Origin: a virus
Lineage: Duplodnaviria; Caudoviricetes
Length of the DNA stretch: 64,000 nucleotides
Virus record (IMG/VR): IMGVR_UViG_3300042992_001693
Location: 1 to 64,000 of that record
Direction: 5' to 3' (one strand)
This document shows, piece after piece, positions 45,692 through 56,037 of this stretch. Made by a program: the position numbers and the translations under genes. The notes under the pieces were generated by a model, which made no database searches, was not told where the DNA came from, and saw only the letters and a program-made list of their open reading frames with translations. Positions within the stretch are counted from its first letter, which is position 1. Each line of letters begins with the position of its first letter.

Positions 45692-47287
45692 TTAAAAGTA
45701 TTTATCCATAAATTCTGTTTGTCCCGCATCTAAATCATATCTAGGATTTGTAAACCCACCTCCCAAGCCAACCCAGCCATCAGCTTGTAAATCTGCAATA
45801 TCTGAATTTAATTCTGTTGAATTTCCAAAATATACGGGAGCTATTTGACTATTTTCAATACCATCAACCTGTTCGTTGGTATATATAGATGTTGAATTTT
45901 CAAAATATTTCAATCCAAAATTGTTGAGTGTTATTTTTGAAGGTTTTCCACAATCATCATATTCTTCAACTGTGAAATATTGTTCTATTAAATCATCATG
46001 CAATATCATCAAAGCCCAAATCATAGCCATTGTTCTATCATCATGCTTTCCAGAACTAGCTCCCCAACTATCATTGGGCAATTTAACAAAATCTTTAACA
46101 ATTTCTTCTAAAGATTCTTTATTTCTAAATTGAACTGCTAATTTATCATTATAATAATATCTTGCATTTGCAACCGCATTATACTTTGTATTTCTAGAAG
46201 AAATCATACCAAGCAATTGTGTGCTTTTTCTACCAGCTAATTTACTACCCCAGGATACAATTTTATCCATATATCCCATATCCAAAGCCAATCTATCAAC
46301 AACTTGTCCGCCTTGATTGTTTCTTTCTATACAAACCAAAGGTTTTCCCCAGTGACATAATATTTCATGTACTTTATTAGCAAATTCAGCTACTGGAATG
46401 GTGTTGTCATAATATTCAGCAACTTCAATTATTTCGTTTAAATCTGTTATATCTAATATTTTTATACAACTATAATCTCCACCAACGCCATCGGATGTAT
46501 CAACACCAGCAACATATATCTTTTCGGGCTGAGGATGTTCAAATATTTTGTATTTTCCATCCATCAATACTTCAACAGGCTCTGAAAGAAATTGTTTCAT
46601 TTTATTGTATGCATCTTCTGTCATTGAGCCAGTACCTGCATTCATAAATTTACAATTAAATTCTTGCTCCCATTTATCTTCAGAAGCTAACCCACCTTTG
46701 ATTTCCTTTGCCCACTTTTCATCTCTTCCTGGAACTTCATGCCATAAAATTTTATCATGACTCCAATTGTTAGTGTTTTCAATTGCTCCTCTATATATAT
46801 CATAAAAAAGATTGCCAGTTCCATTTGGAGTAGAACACATGAAAACTTTTGCTTTTTTAGAAGATGATACAATAGGAAATACAGATGCCCAAAAGGGGTC
46901 CATTAAGTGAGGTTCGATGAATGCACACTCATCAATTATGAGGCATTGGTGCGATAATACACCATTTACATAGTATCTATGAACATCTTCGATATCCAAA
47001 AAATCATATACCAACTCATTATTCTGATATGATTCAATATTGATAACTTTTATATTACCGTATAATGTATCACCTATTTTTATATTCCTTGCATATATCC
47101 AAATATTGTGGGTTAACATTATTTTATGCATGGGAGTGCAATCTAACGATAATCCATCATCAAGAGTGAATCTAATTTTGTCAGGATTTGTCCCGATCAT
47201 TATGCCTCTAAAATCTTTGAAACCTACATCCGTTAAGATTTCAAATCTATTATTTTTGTAAGTTTTATGTGTTGTGAAATCGGCCAT
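45692..47287 (-). CDS. terL: terminase large subunit C-fragment: IntC (aa 1-114) + C-extein
   Basis: CTPMH (block B), VYDFLDIE, NGVLSHQ/C then LIIDECAFI (Walker B), STPNG, EQEF, GVDTSDG.GGDYS, HDDRTMA. Confidence 0.92.
   Translation of the reverse strand: MADFTTHKTYKNNRFEILTDVGFKDFRGIMIGTNPDKIRFTLDDGLSLDCTPMHKIMLTHNIWIYARNIKIGDTLYGNIKVINIESYQNNELVYDFLDIEDVHRYYVNGVLSHQCLIIDECAFIEPHLMDPFWASVFPIVSSSKKAKVFMCSTPNGTGNLFYDIYRGAIENTNNWSHDKILWHEVPGRDEKWAKEIKGGLASEDKWEQEFNCKFMNAGTGSMTEDAYNKMKQFLSEPVEVLMDGKYKIFEHPQPEKIYVAGVDTSDGVGGDYSCIKILDITDLNEIIEVAEYYDNTIPVAEFANKVHEILCHWGKPLVCIERNNQGGQVVDRLALDMGYMDKIVSWGSKLAGRKSTQLLGMISSRNTKYNAVANARYYYNDKLAVQFRNKESLEEIVKDFVKLPNDSWGASSGKHDDRTMAMIWALMILHDDLIEQYFTVEEYDDCGKPSKITLNNFGLKYFENSTSIYTNEQVDGIENSQIAPVYFGNSTELNSDIADLQADGWVGLGGGFTNPRYDLDAGQTEFMDKYF
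46946..47287 (-). mobile_element. split intein, C-part (114 aa, ends His-Gln)
   Basis: blocks B, F and G in a separately initiated ORF. Confidence 0.88.
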
Positions 47288-47288
47288 A

Positions 47289-48152
47289 TTATTTTTTAAA
47301 TCTTCCTATTATATAATTTTCAGGAATTTGTTCTTTATTCGCAAATCTTTTATTTTTTAAGGTTATAGGATCATGAGCAAAAACACTTCCTTTATTTAAA
47401 TTTTTATGTGATTGTTTTCTATCAATTCCAGATCCTTTCACCCATCCGATTGGAATACTTTCTGTTTTGGATATTCTTTTAATTTCTTTAGATACTGGAT
47501 TATGAATATAAATTTTACCTTTGCCTCTGAATTCACTTGCTTTCTTCGGATCATCTGAATATATTTTCAATTGTGCCTGTTTCATATTTTCAACAGCTTC
47601 TTTGGATCTCTTCATACCAACATGTTTCAATCTCATTTTTTCAATCTTTTCAGGATTTTTGTTTATCTTATCCATTCTAATTTTATGTTTTTCTGGATTT
47701 GTAACTATCCATTTTTTAATACCTTTCCCTAATTTTGCATTTCTCTCAGGATTATCATAACAAACCTCTCTCATTTTAATCATATGGTTAGGATCACTCC
47801 ATAAAATTTTTGCAGATTTTGATAACTTCTCTCTAGCATAATCTGACCACTTAATCTGACTAACTCCCCCAGTTCTGATATTATAATTTGAAGGATCTTC
47901 GATAAAACTTTCTGTAACTAACCGAATCTCTTCTTCGATAGCCTCTTCATATGTTTCATAAAATTTCAAAATATCTTTTCTAAAATTTTCAATACCGTAT
48001 TTATTAATCGACATCTTTATCAAAGAACCAGACCCCATATAACCATCTTCCAAATTATCAGTTTTATGAATTCCAATATATATTTTATTATTAATTAGAT
48101 TTGTTATTTGGTAGATATAATTATATTTTCTCTCGATAGAACTTAATCTCAT
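47289..48152 (-). CDS. GIY-YIG homing endonuclease between the terL fragments
   Basis: YIYQITNLINNKIYIGIH, DGYMGSG, KYGIENF, YNIRTGG; start reassigned to MRLSS (TAAATA-N5-ATG). Confidence 0.9.
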   Translation of the reverse strand: MRLSSIERKYNYIYQITNLINNKIYIGIHKTDNLEDGYMGSGSLIKMSINKYGIENFRKDILKFYETYEEAIEEEIRLVTESFIEDPSNYNIRTGGVSQIKWSDYAREKLSKSAKILWSDPNHMIKMREVCYDNPERNAKLGKGIKKWIVTNPEKHKIRMDKINKNPEKIEKMRLKHVGMKRSKEAVENMKQAQLKIYSDDPKKASEFRGKGKIYIHNPVSKEIKRISKTESIPIGWVKGSGIDRKQSHKNLNKGSVFAHDPITLKNKRFANKEQIPENYIIGRFKK

Positions 48153-48189
48153 AATTATATTTAATGCATCATAATAGAAAAGACCGCAT

Positions 48190-48843
48190 TTATACATTAA
48201 CTAACAGTGTATGTATTTCATCACCATCGGATTTGATAATATCTGCCAATTCTTTCATAGATATATCACAAATCTGACCAGAAAATTTATCCCTCACAGT
48301 CACCATGGATTCGCCTACCACACATGATACACTTTGTCCACGAGCTGCAGTTCCTGTTGTTGTTGTAATGCTAATTCTGCTATTATTTTCAAGTTCCATA
48401 CTTGTTTTAGCATACTCAACAACTGGAGATTTTAACCAGTTTGGTAACATTTCATATGCCATTCGAACACGACTAAAAATTTCAATAGCTGTTGATTCTT
48501 TATTAGCTACCAATAATATTCTCTGATCTGGAAAGAAATTCGCTATCCATAATATATAAATTGTCATCAAAGTACTCTTGCCTATCTGACGACTTGCTAA
48601 TAAACAGAAGAATCTGTTTTCCATCATCTTTTTTAAAACTCTTTTTTGAGCTTTATATAATTTGATTTTTTTCTTACCATCATCAACATTCAATATAAAG
48701 AAATAATTTTCAGCAAAGTGTAAAATATTTTTAGAACATTTTTCTAATTCTGTTATTTGGTCTGGAGTATATGCAAATGAGCTGCCTTTAGATGGGAGAT
48801 TTTGATTTCCCATGTAAAATTTTACATCTTCTTTCTTTGCCAT
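48190..48843 (-). CDS. terL: terminase large subunit N-fragment: N-extein (aa 1-173) + IntN
   Basis: Y.GN.NL, LYKAQ, ASRQIGKST (Walker A), VANKESTA.EI, LELENNS, RGQSVS then CVVGESMVTV. Confidence 0.92.
   Translation of the reverse strand: MAKKEDVKFYMGNQNLPSKGSSFAYTPDQITELEKCSKNILHFAENYFFILNVDDGKKKIKLYKAQKRVLKKMMENRFFCLLASRQIGKSTLMTIYILWIANFFPDQRILLVANKESTAIEIFSRVRMAYEMLPNWLKSPVVEYAKTSMELENNSRISITTTTGTAARGQSVSCVVGESMVTVRDKFSGQICDISMKELADIIKSDGDEIHTLLVNV
48193..48324 (-). mobile_element. split intein, N-part (44 aa)
   Basis: block A CVVGESMVTVRD followed by a stop after 44 aa. Confidence 0.85.
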
Positions 48844-48877
48844 CCTGTTTATTTATATAAAAAAGATAAATAACAAT

Positions 48878-49849
48878 ATGTTCAAAAAAGACATGCAACA
48901 AATCGGGGATGTTTATGGGGATGTTTTAAATTCCTTAAAGCATAATATCATCAAAGAAGATAAACAACCAGAAAATGCTTTTAATAGTGATTTTCCTAAA
49001 CAAGATGGAGGACCGTCTGAAAAGGGAGGTTATAGTAAAGCATTGCATGATAATTGCGGAGGTGATTGCGATGTTTGTAAATGTGGGGATAGTAATCGTG
49101 AAGAAGATTCTGAAGAAACAACAACTGGATTTAATAACAAAGCTTTGGAATCAATCGTTTCAAAATTAGAAAACCCCGACTTAACTGCTGAACAAAGAGA
49201 ATCTTTAGAGAAAAAGAAAAAAGAAATAGAATTGATGTTACAATCTGAAGAAGGAGAAGAAAATATTAAAGAAGAAAGTATAAAAAGTGGAAAAGAAATA
49301 CTAAATAACATTATGACTAAAAAAACACTTAGTTTCGACAAATTGTATAAGTCCGTTCTTAATGAAAATTTCGGAATGGGTAATGAAGATGCTGAAAATG
49401 ACATCAAAGGTCTTGGTCTTGATGACGAAATGTCAGATGATGAGATCGGTGATGAAGTTGACAGCGAAGGTGATGTAACCATCACACTTGATCGCGCAAC
49501 CGCAGAAAAACTTTTAGATATTATCGGGGCTGCTATGGGTGAAACCGAATCAGAATCAGAAGGTGAAGCAGAAGGCGACGAACTTGATTTCGGTGGTGAA
49601 GACGAAGGTCCAGAGTTTGGTGAAGAAGACGAAGAAACTCTTGGAAAAGGTTCATCACTCACAGGAAAGAAGAACACCGTTGGTAAAGTAAAGCCAAAAG
49701 GTGGTAGCGCAAGTTCAGATGTCACTGATGAAGTTGGCGATGACGGCGATTATGGTCATGCAATTTTAAACGCAAAGCAACCTAACATGGGTACTGGTTC
49801 CAATAACAAAGTTGGTAACTACAAACAAGGTGCTGAGTACATAAGATAA
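48878..49849 (+). CDS. very acidic head-associated protein (scaffold/core-like)
   Basis: long D/E tracts, coiled coil, SFDKLYKSVLNE motif; late promoter. Confidence 0.5.
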   Translation: MFKKDMQQIGDVYGDVLNSLKHNIIKEDKQPENAFNSDFPKQDGGPSEKGGYSKALHDNCGGDCDVCKCGDSNREEDSEETTTGFNNKALESIVSKLENPDLTAEQRESLEKKKKEIELMLQSEEGEENIKEESIKSGKEILNNIMTKKTLSFDKLYKSVLNENFGMGNEDAENDIKGLGLDDEMSDDEIGDEVDSEGDVTITLDRATAEKLLDIIGAAMGETESESEGEAEGDELDFGGEDEGPEFGEEDEETLGKGSSLTGKKNTVGKVKPKGGSASSDVTDEVGDDGDYGHAILNAKQPNMGTGSNNKVGNYKQGAEYIR

Positions 49850-49875
49850 TTTAAACAAACCCAAAATAAAATATT

Positions 49876-49902
49876 AAAGGGAGTCTTTCGACTCCCTTTT
49901 TT
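49876..49902 (+). terminator. Rho-independent terminator
   Basis: GGGAGTC-TTTC-GACTCCC followed by a T run. Confidence 0.85.
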
Positions 49903-49916
49903 ATTAAATAATTACA

Positions 49917-50258
49917 GTGAAAACGTTCGATCAATTTTTCTTAGAATATGCTCATGATATGGCACTGGGAGGAGCTAAATTAGGAGTCCATCTCAATAAA
50001 AAAGGAGGAAACTTAACAATAGATCCCAGTGAAAGAAAAATTATGATGAAGCGACCTGAATATAAACCACAATTATCATTGGGTCAACAATTTGTAGGTA
50101 ATATGTTTGCAGATATATTAATGAAATTGTTTAATTCAACCGAAAGTTATGATAACTTTCAAGAAAATAAAGTTCTAACTTGTAAAAACAGTGATCTGGG
50201 ATTGCAATGTAGATATATCAATAATCAACCAGCAGCAGTTGTAATAAAAGTTAAATAA
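49917..50258 (+). CDS. putative internal head protein
   Basis: N-terminus MKTFDQFFLE resembles the T4 capsid-targeting sequence. Confidence 0.55.
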   Translation: MKTFDQFFLEYAHDMALGGAKLGVHLNKKGGNLTIDPSERKIMMKRPEYKPQLSLGQQFVGNMFADILMKLFNSTESYDNFQENKVLTCKNSDLGLQCRYINNQPAAVVIKVK

Positions 50259-50262
50259 TTTT

Positions 50263-51066
50263 ATGGGATGTCCTGTAACACCATTATCATGTCTTGAGCC
50301 TTCAAATATCTTTGCTGGTATATTTTCACCAGCGTGTGGTGGATTTGCAGACCCTTCTAGATTTCAAGCTGAACGAGCTGTTTATAACAGCGGATTTAAT
50401 GAACTAATTAATAATTTCGGAGTTGATGTTGATTATTATATACACACATATAATTTATCAGCAGCTAATAATTTTTATGGAGAACATACAACAGCTCCGT
50501 ATTATGGACCTATAAAAGTACGTGCATATGTAGAATATGAACACAACTCAGTACCATTACAAGTTTATGGTTGGGAGCCTGATGATAGTGTTACAATGTA
50601 TATACACATCAACACATTTATAACAGCTTATAAATCTTTAAGCGTATATCCAGCAAACGGTCAAAGAATAGAACCAAAAGCGGATGATGGTTTTATTTTA
50701 ACTCCATTTGGGTGTGATAGACCTTATTCAAGAAGCCCTAAACATTTTGTTGTAACTCAGGTAATTGACGAAGATAGCTCAACTATCAATCCAATGGCGG
50801 GACATTATGTTTGGAAGATTAATGCTAAGAGATTTGATCACAGTTTTGAAGCTGGATTTAATCATGAAAATGATAATGTTCAAGTATACGATAATTCATT
50901 CAGTGGAGTTTTAAGTTCTTCTATAATTGAAAATGACGGAACTACACTTTCAGAACAAGTATCCAGCGCTGCAAAAACTTATAATTTTGATGTTGATGAA
51001 TATGTTAAAGAAAAAATCTTTAATAACAAAGTTAATGACACATCAATTTATGGTGATTATTTTTAA
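50263..51066 (+). CDS. neck/head-completion protein gp14-like
   Basis: ELINNFGVDVDYY, YGE, DD.VTMYI, YVWKI.AKRF. Confidence 0.55.
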   Translation: MGCPVTPLSCLEPSNIFAGIFSPACGGFADPSRFQAERAVYNSGFNELINNFGVDVDYYIHTYNLSAANNFYGEHTTAPYYGPIKVRAYVEYEHNSVPLQVYGWEPDDSVTMYIHINTFITAYKSLSVYPANGQRIEPKADDGFILTPFGCDRPYSRSPKHFVVTQVIDEDSSTINPMAGHYVWKINAKRFDHSFEAGFNHENDNVQVYDNSFSGVLSSSIIENDGTTLSEQVSSAAKTYNFDVDEYVKEKIFNNKVNDTSIYGDYF

Positions 51067-51067
51067 A

Positions 51068-51955
51068 TTATAAATTTTTTAGTATTTTTTCAATATTAAA
51101 AATTTCATTATAATCATCGTATGGACATTCATCAATCATTCCTGTAATGTCATAATCAAACAAATAAGAATTCGCGGAGCCTTCTAAATATGAATTTTCT
51201 GATAATATATTATTATGCAAAGAATAACCAAAAAGTTCTGGCTTTGTAATATTCCAAAATACGGTAGATTTCAACCCTAAAGCAGCAGATGCGTGTTGTA
51301 AGCATGAATCTATTAATAATCTTTTATCTGACCATAATAATAAACTTATAAGAACTTTTTTAGACATTTTTTGATCAATTCTTAAACAATTATTTAAAAC
51401 TGGATGATTATCGTAACACACATGCATTATGTTATAATTTTCAGATAATACATTTACTAATTCTTGAGCAATCGCAGGATGTATATCTCTAGCCCAAGAG
51501 TATGGTAAACTTTGAGTAGCAGATCCAGCTCCCCCGAATGGTTGAAATATTAAAAGGGGTTTGTTATCTTTAAAGTTAATTAAAGTTCTAGATATTTCTT
51601 TTTCTCTAGAATTTAAATAAATTTGCGGAATTTCATTATTATATTCAACTCCTATCATATCGCACCATGTTTGAATCAAGTGTTTTTCTTTAGTGATATG
51701 CGATGTTTGTTTGTAAGGTTCTTGAGCAAAAATTTCAACATCTTTTTTATAAATAAAATCTCTATAAAAATATTGATTGCTTCCTAATCTTAATGATTTT
51801 TCAATTATTGGATTATTGTAAAATATTTCAGGATATGCACATGAAACTATAATTTTAGTTTCTGGATTTTTATTATGATATGCTTTTAAAACTGCTGATG
51901 CTGCTATGTGTTTACCGACCCCGCCTTCAATATGAAAAATCGCTGTTTCTGCCAT
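51068..51955 (-). CDS. GT-B (GT9-like) glycosyltransferase
   Basis: IEGGVGKHI, IFQPFGG, LIDSCLQHA.AALG. Confidence 0.6.
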   Translation of the reverse strand: MAETAIFHIEGGVGKHIAASAVLKAYHNKNPETKIIVSCAYPEIFYNNPIIEKSLRLGSNQYFYRDFIYKKDVEIFAQEPYKQTSHITKEKHLIQTWCDMIGVEYNNEIPQIYLNSREKEISRTLINFKDNKPLLIFQPFGGAGSATQSLPYSWARDIHPAIAQELVNVLSENYNIMHVCYDNHPVLNNCLRIDQKMSKKVLISLLLWSDKRLLIDSCLQHASAALGLKSTVFWNITKPELFGYSLHNNILSENSYLEGSANSYLFDYDITGMIDECPYDDYNEIFNIEKILKNL

Positions 51956-52000
51956 AAAAATTAATTATTGTAATTTAAGTCAAAGTCAATAAGTAGATCT

Positions 52001-52789
52001 ATGAAAGAAAAAGAAATATTTTTTATTAACGGAATGCCAAGATCTGGTTCGACACTGCTTTGTAATATATTAGCACAAAACCCAGAATTTCACGTCACAG
52101 CCACCAGCGGTTTATCTGAAATAGTCAAAGGGATACACGAATTCTGGAAAACAAGTCCGATAATCAAAGCATCAGAATCTCCAGAAAAACAATTAAGAAT
52201 TATAAAAGATTTATTTCAATCTTATCATTCTGATACAGATAGACCCATAGTTTTTAATAAATCCAGAGCTTGGGCAGGATTGATCGAATTAGTTGAAAAT
52301 TCATTAGATAGACCTATAAAAATAATAACCACGACTCGTGATATTCCTAGTGTATTAGCTTCTATGGAAAAACTTTATAGAAAAGAAATCAAAAATATCA
52401 ATAGTCCTTTTCAATCTGGACCTCAAATGAGTACACTTGAAGGTAGATTAAATGTATGGGCAGCATCTGATGGCTTGGTTGGGGGAACTTATAATGCAAT
52501 TTTAGATGCTATTTATAGAGGGCATCGTGATAAGTTTCATTTTGTAAATTATGAATTATTAACCAGAGATCCAAAAACCACAATGATAAATGTTTATCAT
52601 TTTTTAGGAAAATCATATTACGATCATGATTTTACAAATGTACAACAATATACAAAAGAAAACGATGCTGAACACGGGTTTACGGATTTACATACAATAA
52701 GACCAAATATACAACCACAAATAGATGATAGTAGATCTATATTAGGAGGGTTATATGATAGATTTGGCAATTTTAATTATGAATTTTAG
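52001..52789 (+). CDS. sulfotransferase family protein
   Basis: PAPS-binding GMPRSGSTLL..IL.QNP, FNKSRAW, RD...VL.S.EKL, VNYE.LT. Confidence 0.85.
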   Translation: MKEKEIFFINGMPRSGSTLLCNILAQNPEFHVTATSGLSEIVKGIHEFWKTSPIIKASESPEKQLRIIKDLFQSYHSDTDRPIVFNKSRAWAGLIELVENSLDRPIKIITTTRDIPSVLASMEKLYRKEIKNINSPFQSGPQMSTLEGRLNVWAASDGLVGGTYNAILDAIYRGHRDKFHFVNYELLTRDPKTTMINVYHFLGKSYYDHDFTNVQQYTKENDAEHGFTDLHTIRPNIQPQIDDSRSILGGLYDRFGNFNYEF

Positions 52790-55776
52790 AGGAAATGTAA
52801 TGGTATCTTTCTAAGAGATCCATTAACACCAATTACTAAATATTGGGCAATCGCACCCGCTGTTGCGGTAGTACTCAATGCAAATGATTCAGAACCTATT
52901 GAAATTTGATTTGAAGCACTGACAGTAGCAAAGTTACCAAATGCAATTGCGTTGCTCAATCCATTGGTGAGTGTATTTGAATTTCTACCTATTAAAATAT
53001 TGCCATGTCCTGATAAGTTGGTAAATCCTGCGCATAGACCAACAAATATGTTATTGCTTCCGTAATTATTATAACCAGCACTTAAACCAATAGACAGTAC
53101 ATTACTTCCACTTAAAGTAGTGACATTATCGCTAATTGAAAAATTAGTACCTTGACTTCTTACAAGATAATTACTAGCAGATAATTGTAAAGAAGATGCG
53201 GTTAATGTTCCATAAATTGCTTGAGAAACTTGGAATGCGTTTGAAACATTTACTCTAGCGCCAAAACCACTGTTTCCTTGGAATGTTGTATATGTACTTT
53301 GCCAATTTGCGCTGTTGGCTGCTACAATTGTATAACTATTTTCCCAATCCGTGCTTAATGCAGTCATGGTTGCAAACGTGTTGTTCCAATTTGCACTGTT
53401 AGTTTGTGTTATTGTATGTGCTAAGTTCCATTGATTACTGTTACCACCACTAGCATACATTACAGAATTTGAACTTAAAGCTCCAGATACTGAGAGATTA
53501 CCAATAATATTAAATCCAGACAATTCGAATTGTTTAATATCTATTACGCTTATATTAGCAGATAATACATTAAGTGTAGTTACATTAGCAACATTTATAT
53601 TAGCAGTTAATGCATCGATTCTAGACATGTTTGAAGACAAAGCTTCAAAATATATAGAAGATATTCTATTATTAACTGTGAGATTGTTTATTTTGGCAGG
53701 GGTTCCTATAAATACTGTATTTCCAGAAGATGATATTGATATATTTTCTGTATTTAAAACTATTTGATTTGATTGTGTTGCGATTGCATTTGTTCCAATT
53801 ATAATTGAACCACTCAATGAACTGAACGCAGGACTTAAAGTTCCTGAATTACTACCAATGAAAATATTTTCTGAACCGTTTTTATTATGAGTTCCAGAAT
53901 ACACACCCACTGCTATGTTTTTTTGTCCTGTAATGTTACAACTCCCAGCATAATGACCTATAAAAGCATTACATGTGCCTATTGTAGTTCTAAAACCAGC
54001 ACCCGTTCCGAAAAAGTTATTTCTCCCACCTGATGTAACATAACGACCAGCGAGACTACCTATAAAGTTATTTACATCTGCTGTATTAATATAACCAGCA
54101 GCTGCGCCAATGAAATTATTGTCCGAGCCTGTTGATCGAGCCCCAGCAGCCGTTCCTATAAAATTATTATTATTACCTGTGGTATTGCAATAACCTGCAC
54201 AAAATCCAATAAAATTATTATAATTAACTTGAGTATTTACACCAGCTTTAGTTCCTATAAAGTTATTATGATTTCCATAGGCGCTGTTTCTTCCAGCAGC
54301 AAAACCAAAGGAATTATTATAGAATCCATATGTGTTACCACACCCAGCATAACGTCCTATAAAGTTATTAAATCCGCCGATGGCGTTACAAGCACCAGAA
54401 TGGTCGCCTATAAAATTATTAGAGCATCCAGTTGTATTACTACGACCAGAATTTTTACCAACAAAAAAGTTATAACATGCGGCAGATCCACCATTCACAT
54501 CGCCATATGCTCTACTGTTAAATCCAGCACATTCTCCTAAAAATATGTTATGATTGGTTGATTGACAATTAATAAGAATAGTAGTTCCATTGTCGTAATA
54601 ACTATATCTAGATCCTAAAGAATGACCAGCTTTAAATCCAATTGCTATGTTGCTTTGGGGAGCTATGTTAGCTTTTGGAGAAAACGGATTTGTGTACCCA
54701 TAACCAGCTTTATAACCTATAAATGTATTGTTTGTAGGATTACTTGTATATTGAGATATATTACTACCAGCAGCGAAACCTATAAAATTATTATTAGATC
54801 CTGTGGTATTGCTGAAACCAGCACTTAATCCAATAAAATTATTATTAGATCCTGTGGTATTTTTAAAACCTGAGCTAAGACCTATGAATGTATTACTACA
54901 TCCTGTGGTATTAAAAAACCCAGAATTTGATCCAATAAAATTATTTGAATTTCCAAATGTATTTGATCTACCAGCGTTATTTCCTATAAAGGTATTATAA
55001 CAGCCACCTCTATTACAAAAGCCAGCGCGGTTTCCTATAGCAACATTAAGAGATCCTGATAAATTAGTATATCCAGATCTCACACCTATAAAGGTATTTG
55101 AAGATCCTGTTGTGCTATTTCTACCAGCATATCTGCCAATATTTGTATTGTCACTTCCTGTGGTATTTGATGTTCCTGCGCGATTGCCTATGAACGTATT
55201 CCCATCTCCAGAAGTATTGCATGCGCCAGCATAACAACCCATAAAATTATTAAAAGAGCCATTGTTATTTCGTCCAGCACCAAACCCCACAAAATTATTA
55301 AAAGTGCCTGTGTTATTTTCTCCAGCTGCATTTCCTATAAAAGTATTATGAGAGGCATTGTTTCTAAAACCAGCTCTAGATCCTATAAACGTATTCGAAG
55401 TTCCTGTTGTGTTTAGTAAACCAGATGAAAGACCTATGAATATGTTATTAGTTCCGCTTATAGCGTTGGTATGTGGTCTTATTCCTAATGAGGTTGATGT
55501 TGATTGAAATACATGACCACCTGATAATATAAGATTTGATGCTGTTAATGAACCGAATATGGTTTGGGATGTTGTAAAATTATTATTTCTATTAACTGTT
55601 GCAAACTGTCCACTGAGTTGAGAAAATCTACTTATTGAAAATAAACTTCCAGAAAGATAAGTTGTCAAAGAACTTAAAGCACCTACTCTTGTCACACCAC
55701 TTTGCACAAGAGGTATTTGTTCAGATCCCTGATATGGTAAATTATTCAAGGGAAGTTGAGAAATTTTAACAGCCAT
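52786..55776 (-). CDS. long repeat fibre protein (tail-fibre-like)
   Basis: 996 aa, dozens of ~14-aa NNFIG..AG..NTTG repeats; TAAATA-N5-ATG. Confidence 0.75.
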   Translation of the reverse strand: MAVKISQLPLNNLPYQGSEQIPLVQSGVTRVGALSSLTTYLSGSLFSISRFSQLSGQFATVNRNNNFTTSQTIFGSLTASNLILSGGHVFQSTSTSLGIRPHTNAISGTNNIFIGLSSGLLNTTGTSNTFIGSRAGFRNNASHNTFIGNAAGENNTGTFNNFVGFGAGRNNNGSFNNFMGCYAGACNTSGDGNTFIGNRAGTSNTTGSDNTNIGRYAGRNSTTGSSNTFIGVRSGYTNLSGSLNVAIGNRAGFCNRGGCYNTFIGNNAGRSNTFGNSNNFIGSNSGFFNTTGCSNTFIGLSSGFKNTTGSNNNFIGLSAGFSNTTGSNNNFIGFAAGSNISQYTSNPTNNTFIGYKAGYGYTNPFSPKANIAPQSNIAIGFKAGHSLGSRYSYYDNGTTILINCQSTNHNIFLGECAGFNSRAYGDVNGGSAACYNFFVGKNSGRSNTTGCSNNFIGDHSGACNAIGGFNNFIGRYAGCGNTYGFYNNSFGFAAGRNSAYGNHNNFIGTKAGVNTQVNYNNFIGFCAGYCNTTGNNNNFIGTAAGARSTGSDNNFIGAAAGYINTADVNNFIGSLAGRYVTSGGRNNFFGTGAGFRTTIGTCNAFIGHYAGSCNITGQKNIAVGVYSGTHNKNGSENIFIGSNSGTLSPAFSSLSGSIIIGTNAIATQSNQIVLNTENISISSSGNTVFIGTPAKINNLTVNNRISSIYFEALSSNMSRIDALTANINVANVTTLNVLSANISVIDIKQFELSGFNIIGNLSVSGALSSNSVMYASGGNSNQWNLAHTITQTNSANWNNTFATMTALSTDWENSYTIVAANSANWQSTYTTFQGNSGFGARVNVSNAFQVSQAIYGTLTASSLQLSASNYLVRSQGTNFSISDNVTTLSGSNVLSIGLSAGYNNYGSNNIFVGLCAGFTNLSGHGNILIGRNSNTLTNGLSNAIAFGNFATVSASNQISIGSESFALSTTATAGAIAQYLVIGVNGSLRKIPLHFL

Positions 55777-55815
55777 GTCTTTATTTATTTAGTTTTTGTA
55801 TAAATACTCCAATAT

Positions 55816-56037
55816 ATGAAAAAAATAAAATTATTAAAGGGATTACTACAAAAAGAAGAAAAAATACTCGATGCTTTTGAAGATTTACAAAATTTTTTGG
55901 ATTCTACCGAAGATGAAGAGTTGTCTAGCATGGGAAATGAATTGCATGAATTGTTGATTGACTTTTTTCAAACCAATGATACATTAAACATATATGACAT
56001 CCGAAATTTCGTCGAAGAAGAATACGAATCCAACTAA
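55816..56037 (+). CDS. small acidic hypothetical protein
   Basis: 73-aa ORF after a TATAAATA promoter. Confidence 0.6.
   Translation: MKKIKLLKGLLQKEEKILDAFEDLQNFLDSTEDEELSSMGNELHELLIDFFQTNDTLNIYDIRNFVEEEYESN

Noticed and set aside
47289-48189. Group I intron carrying the GIY-YIG ORF within terL
   Set aside because: No intron core motifs flank the ORF; the flanks are 1 nt and about 37 nt, and both terL fragments carry intein halves that explain the join
49030-49725. 231-aa Ser-rich minus-strand ORF
   Set aside because: Antisense shadow of the acidic protein 48878..49849 (GAA/GAT codons read as Ser/Phe/Ile)
52786-55776. Diversity-generating retroelement target
   Set aside because: Repeats are degenerate protein-level repeats; no TR/VR pair differing only at adenines and no reverse transcriptase seen
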